Below are positions 53,984 to 58,043 of a stretch of DNA of 58,043 nt, in pieces (position 1 is the first letter of the stretch; each line of letters opens with the position of its first letter). The position numbers and the translations under genes were made by a program. The notes beneath the pieces were generated by a model. It saw nothing but the letters and a program-made list of their open reading frames with translations. It made no database searches and was not told the origin of the DNA. Origin of the DNA: Pedococcus sp. Its GTDB lineage: Bacteria; Actinomycetota; Actinomycetes; Actinomycetales; Dermatophilaceae. Location of the stretch: NCBI GenBank assembly GCA_035999925.1, contig DASYGI010000331.1:1-58043 (forward strand), given 5' to 3'.

Positions 53984-54790
53984 GCGGCGGACGACCACCA
54001 GGCCGAGGGCCATGGGTACAAGGAACCACAGTCCGCCGGAGACGGCGAGGTGTTGCCACTGCTGGCTCGACAGGCTGCCGTCAAACAGGGGCCTCTGCGC
54101 GTAGTTGTAGTCGACCCAGGGCTGTAGGTCCGAGAACCACTTCACGTTGGCGGCCAACAGGCCGAGCACCGGTGGCAGGACGAGGGTGTAGACGAAGTAC
54201 GTGACGATGGCGCCCGCCGAGTTGCGGATCACGAGCCCCAGCATGAAGCCGAACAGCATGCCCAGAACGCTACCCAGGACGATCAGCAGGAAATGACTGG
54301 CTGAGACGTTCCAGACCGGGTCCACCCCGGCGATGGCGCTTCCCACGAGGGTGCCCAGCGCGCCCACGAGACCGGCGATGACCATGGCGACGACACCAAC
54401 CGTGATGGCTGCCAGGAACTTGGCCCCCAGCACCCGACCGCGATGCGGCACGAGGGTGAACGTGGTCAGACCGCTTCGCTGGCTCCACTCGCTCGTCACC
54501 GCGAGGATGCCGATCATCGGCAGGATCACCGTCATCGGGACCCCGATAGCGGCCGCGAAGTTGTCAAAGGTGAGCTTGTCGTGGGGAGCGAACACGATGA
54601 TCGCGGTGGTGGCGAGAACGCTCGAGATGACGATGCTCGCCATGAGCCAGAAGCCGGACCGCGTGTCGAACATCTTGCGGAGCTCGACCCCGATGATGCG
54701 GGTGAGCGGGATCCCTGCGGGTGCGGTGCGAGTTCGGTCGAGGACGGTGTCCGGCCGTGCCGACGGGGTGGTGGGGGCGGTGGTGGTCAT
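53969..54790 (-). CDS. ABC-2 type transporter permease
   Basis: ELRKMFDTR; SEWSQRS..TTF.LVPHR..VL.AK; multiple TMs. Confidence 0.92.
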   Translation of the reverse strand: MTTTAPTTPSARPDTVLDRTRTAPAGIPLTRIIGVELRKMFDTRSGFWLMASIVISSVLATTAIIVFAPHDKLTFDNFAAAIGVPMTVILPMIGILAVTSEWSQRSGLTTFTLVPHRGRVLGAKFLAAITVGVVAMVIAGLVGALGTLVGSAIAGVDPVWNVSASHFLLIVLGSVLGMLFGFMLGLVIRNSAGAIVTYFVYTLVLPPVLGLLAANVKWFSDLQPWVDYNYAQRPLFDGSLSSQQWQHLAVSGGLWFLVPMALGLVVVRRAEVK

Positions 54791-55689
54791 GCTGCTGCTC
54801 CTTCGCGTCGGTGGTCTGCGGTGAGCTCGAGGAACATCTCCTCGAGCCCGGCCCCGTCGGCGGTGCGGAGCTCTGTCAGGGCCAGGTGTGCGGCGAGTGC
54901 GATCTCGCCGACCTGGTCGGGAGAGGCGTCGGTGTGGACGCTGCCGTCGGGGTGAGCCGTGATGGTGAGACCGGCCCGCTCCATGGCCCGAGCCAGCCCG
55001 ACGCCGTCGCGGGCCCGGGCGACAGTGCCTGCCGCCGCGAGGAGGTCGGCCTTGGTCCCTTGGGCCACGATTCGTCCGTTACCGATGACCACGAGGTCGT
55101 CGGCGATCACTTCGATCTCGTGGAGGAGGTGGGAGGAGAGCAGGACGGTGCCGCCGCGATCGGCGTAACCGCGAAGGAGGTCACGCATCCAGCGGATACC
55201 GGCGGGGTCCAGTCCGTTCGCCGGCTCGTCGAGGATGAGCACGTGCGGGTCCCCCAGGAGTGCGCCACCAATGCCGAGGCGCTGGCGCATCCCCAAGGAG
55301 TAGTCCCGAACTCGCCGGTCTGCCTCGTCAGCGGTGAGGCTGACCAGGTCGAGCATGTCCTGGATCCGGGTCCGCGGGAGTCCCATGGTGCGCTGGGCCA
55401 GGGTGAGGATCTCCCGACCGGTGCGCCCAGCATGCTGGGCGGAGGCGTCCAGGAGGACACCCACTTCGGTGCCTGGGTTGGGCAGGTCGGTGAACTTGCG
55501 CCCGTCGATGGTGACGGTCCCCGAGGTAGCCGGCGTGAGGCCGACCATGATGCGCATGGTGGTCGACTTGCCCGCGCCGTTGGGGCCGAGGAAGCCGGTC
55601 ACCCGACCGGTGGCCGCGGTGAACGACACGTCGTCAACGGCGGTCAGCCCGCGTCCGTAGGTCTTGGTGAGTGATTCGACAGTGATCAT
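54787..55689 (-). CDS. ABC transporter ATP-binding protein
   Basis: GPNGAGKST, YSLGMRQR, LILDEP, SSH. Confidence 0.95.
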   Translation of the reverse strand: MITVESLTKTYGRGLTAVDDVSFTAATGRVTGFLGPNGAGKSTTMRIMVGLTPATSGTVTIDGRKFTDLPNPGTEVGVLLDASAQHAGRTGREILTLAQRTMGLPRTRIQDMLDLVSLTADEADRRVRDYSLGMRQRLGIGGALLGDPHVLILDEPANGLDPAGIRWMRDLLRGYADRGGTVLLSSHLLHEIEVIADDLVVIGNGRIVAQGTKADLLAAAGTVARARDGVGLARAMERAGLTITAHPDGSVHTDASPDQVGEIALAAHLALTELRTADGAGLEEMFLELTADHRREGAAA

Positions 55690-55724
55690 GCCGAGCATCG
55701 TGACGGCGATGGACAGGTGGCCAC

Positions 55725-55782
55725 ATCAGGGAGACACCCGATCCTCACCCTGAGGTGACCCTGAGACAGCCTGGCCCCTGAC
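55725..55782. promoter_or_regulatory. Repeated CCCTGA operator upstream of the ABC operon
   Basis: ATCAGGG-N4-ACCCGAT; ACCCTGAG at 55747 and 55758; CCCTGAC at 55776. Confidence 0.55.
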
Positions 55783-55827
55783 AGTGGTCGGCGGGCCTCC
55801 TTAGGGCAGCCCAGGTAGGTTCGGGAG

Positions 55828-56709
55828 ATGACCTCCAGGCCGACCGCTCAGGCCGTCCTCGCGCGGCTCTGCGACACCCCGGGCGACGTCGTCTTCGGGC
55901 CCGCCCAAGCCGGCGAGGGGAACTGGGTGGGGGCGCCGTCGGCGTGCCTCGTCGATGGGGCCTGGTGGCTCGCCCACCGGGAACGGGTTCCCGAGGCGCA
56001 GGGACGCGGCCGCGCGAACGTCTTGAGCCGGTCCACGGACGGAGCGACCTTTGACCAGGTTGGCGAGGTGAGTAGTGCCGACTTCGGGGCAGCCTCGCTC
56101 GAGAGGCCGCGACTGGTGTCGTTGCCGGACGGTGGGTGGCGCTTGTATGTCTCCTGCTCGACGCCCGGCTCCAAGCACTGGTGGGTCGAGTCCCTGGATG
56201 CCCCGACCGTCGAGGGGCTGGCGCAAGGTGCGCGGACGGTGGTGCTCGCGGGCGATGAGTCGCAGGCGTGGAAGGACCCCGTCATCTGGCGCGCGGGTGC
56301 GCAGTGGCAGATGTGGGTATGCCGTCACCCCCTGGACGGCGGTCCCGCCGAGGCCGATCGGATGACTAGCCACCACGCCGTGAGCGATGACGGGCTCCGG
56401 TGGACCTTCACCGGTGGGGCTCTGGTGCCCACCTCCGGAACGTGGGATTCGCGCGGGACCCGCGTCACCGCGGCATACGACGGCGGGCTGTTCTATGACG
56501 GTCGAGCCACCGCGGCAGAGAACTTTCACGAACGGACCGGACTCGCCGCCGGCCGCCCGCCTACTGCGATCGCTGGACCCACTCCGGCCGGGCGGACAGT
56601 GCGCTATCTCGACCTGGTGAGGACGAGCCGCGGGGTGCGGCTGTTCTGGGAGTCGTCGCGTCCGGATGGTTCGCACGATCTGCGCACGACGGAGTTGGAA
56701 GCACGCTAG
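55828..56709 (+). CDS. Hypothetical protein, glycoside-hydrolase-like beta-propeller
   Basis: WVGAPS, SRSTDGATF and AVSDDGLRW Asp-box-like motifs, SLERP, WKDP. Confidence 0.7.
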   Translation: MTSRPTAQAVLARLCDTPGDVVFGPAQAGEGNWVGAPSACLVDGAWWLAHRERVPEAQGRGRANVLSRSTDGATFDQVGEVSSADFGAASLERPRLVSLPDGGWRLYVSCSTPGSKHWWVESLDAPTVEGLAQGARTVVLAGDESQAWKDPVIWRAGAQWQMWVCRHPLDGGPAEADRMTSHHAVSDDGLRWTFTGGALVPTSGTWDSRGTRVTAAYDGGLFYDGRATAAENFHERTGLAAGRPPTAIAGPTPAGRTVRYLDLVRTSRGVRLFWESSRPDGSHDLRTTELEAR

Positions 56710-56892
56710 GTGCCAAAAATATTGAAAGGATTTCGGCGAATTGCTGCAAAATCGGTCGTGAACGGTTGATACTGCACCCGGAACCGGCGGGGGTCGGTGG
56801 ACAAGATCGCTGGTGGCGCCGTGCTGAACGGCCTCACCGACACTGACTCGCGCCGGGGCTGCCTCCGCGAAATGGGAACGGGGGAGTGCGAC

Positions 56893-58043
56893 GTGCGAGG
56901 ACCCAGCCTGCCGAGCCGCCATCGGGACGTCAGGATCATGCTGACCGCGCGCGTTGCGGCGGCATCGGCGACGGCCCTGACCTTGTTCGCGTTGACCGTC
57001 CACGCACATGACAGTGGTGGGGGCACCGCCCGCGTCGCCGCCATCATGGTCGCGTTCGCGCTGCCCAGCGTCATCGGGATGGGCGCCGCCGGGCACATTG
57101 CCGACCAGCACGACTCACGAACCGTCCTTGTTCTGTGCGGGGCCGCGCAGGTCTGCGCGGTTGGCGCCCTGACCTTGGGCGGGGCCCCCTGGGTGACCTA
57201 CGCGCTGGTCCTGGTTGCCCAGCTGGCGCAGACCATCGCCTACCCGACGTGGTCGGCGTTGCTGCCCATGGTGACCGGTGACGACGACTACGGGCGGGTT
57301 GTCGCCACCCAGCAGGGTGCCGTGGCCCTGGCCGGCATCGTCGCCGCAGGCGCAGGTGGGCTCGTTGCCGCCACCTGGGGGACTGTCGCGGTGATCTGGA
57401 CCGCCACGGCCTGCTGCGCAGTGCTGACCGCCTCCGGCGCCCTGGTGCGCGCGCGTCGGGGTGGGTCGGGGTCCTCTGCTGGCTCTGTGTGGTCGGGACT
57501 CGGGCGAAGCATGTTCGCCCCTGCCGGCCTGCGCCGGCTGCGCGAGGACACCCTGGTCTGGCCGCTGCTCACCTCGCTGTTGGTCGCGTTGTTGTTGCTC
57601 GAGTCGGTCAACGTCGCGGAGGTGTTCCTCATCCGCGACACCCTGCACGGTTCTGCTGGCGTCTTCGGCGTGGTGCAGGCGTTGAGCGGCGCAGGGGCCG
57701 TGGTCGGTGCCTGGGCCGCCGGCCGGGTCCGTACGCAACGGGCCCGGTTGAGAACGGTGGGCGCTGCCATGGCTGCATCCGGGACGTTCATGGCCGGGGC
57801 TGGAGCCGCGCCCAACGCTGCGCTGGCCGGGGTCGCCTTCGCGTTGATCGGATTCGCGATCGCCTTGGCGAACGGCACGTTCTTTCCCGCCCTCATGCTG
57901 CGCACCCCCGACGCGCGCCGCGGCGCGGTGAACGCGGCCGCCATGGGGATGGGGCGCGCAGCCACCATGGGCGGCCTGGCAGTCGGGGCCGGCGCCGGGG
58001 CTCTGGTGGGACCGCGGGCCATGTTCGCCGGAGCCGGTGCGCT
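56893..58043 (+). CDS. MFS transporter (runs off the window end; not in the ORF track)
   Basis: GGGGAG RBS + GTG 56893; GHIADQHDSR motif A; repeated TM segments. Confidence 0.85.
   Translation, partial: MRGPSLPSRHRDVRIMLTARVAAASATALTLFALTVHAHDSGGGTARVAAIMVAFALPSVIGMGAAGHIADQHDSRTVLVLCGAAQVCAVGALTLGGAPWVTYALVLVAQLAQTIAYPTWSALLPMVTGDDDYGRVVATQQGAVALAGIVAAGAGGLVAATWGTVAVIWTATACCAVLTASGALVRARRGGSGSSAGSVWSGLGRSMFAPAGLRRLREDTLVWPLLTSLLVALLLLESVNVAEVFLIRDTLHGSAGVFGVVQALSGAGAVVGAWAAGRVRTQRARLRTVGAAMAASGTFMAGAGAAPNAALAGVAFALIGFAIALANGTFFPALMLRTPDARRGAVNAAAMGMGRAATMGGLAVGAGAGALVGPRAMFAGAGA

Noticed and set aside
1-58043. CRISPR array, tRNA/rRNA, integrase, transposase or prophage genes
   Set aside because: No regularly spaced repeat-spacer units or diagnostic motifs seen; mobility of the island is therefore unproven

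Overview
High-GC actinobacterial chromosomal window with no rRNA, tRNA, CRISPR, integrase or transposase recognised. The core (~6.85-44.7 kb) is a large hypoxia/dormancy island built around a DosT/DosS-like heme-GAF kinase and a DosR-like regulator. About 20 degenerate palindromes (GGG[A/C/G]C-N4-G[T/G]CC[C/T]) resembling the DosR box lie upstream of most transcription units. The island holds seven universal stress proteins plus a collapsed USP remnant, three PNPOx-like proteins, a CBS-BON protein, two P-type ATPases, phosphoketolase-acetate kinase, a CoA transferase, a beta-CASP nuclease and an SQR-TusE-DsrE sulfur module. The best candidate for an undescribed system is a translationally coupled trio: a 55-aa membrane peptide, a cytochrome b6-like protein and a subunit-IV-like protein with a large extracytoplasmic insert, with no Rieske or cytochrome c gene in the window. 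An OmpR-type two-component system with a ferric-reductase/FMN-binding pair interrupts the island. The flanks carry small accessory genes, a degenerate ECF sigma/anti-sigma fusion, two homologous C-loop hairpins (one in a candidate sRNA), an SNF2 helicase, an ABC exporter and a partial MFS gene. All family calls are by-eye motif recognition; no searches were run.
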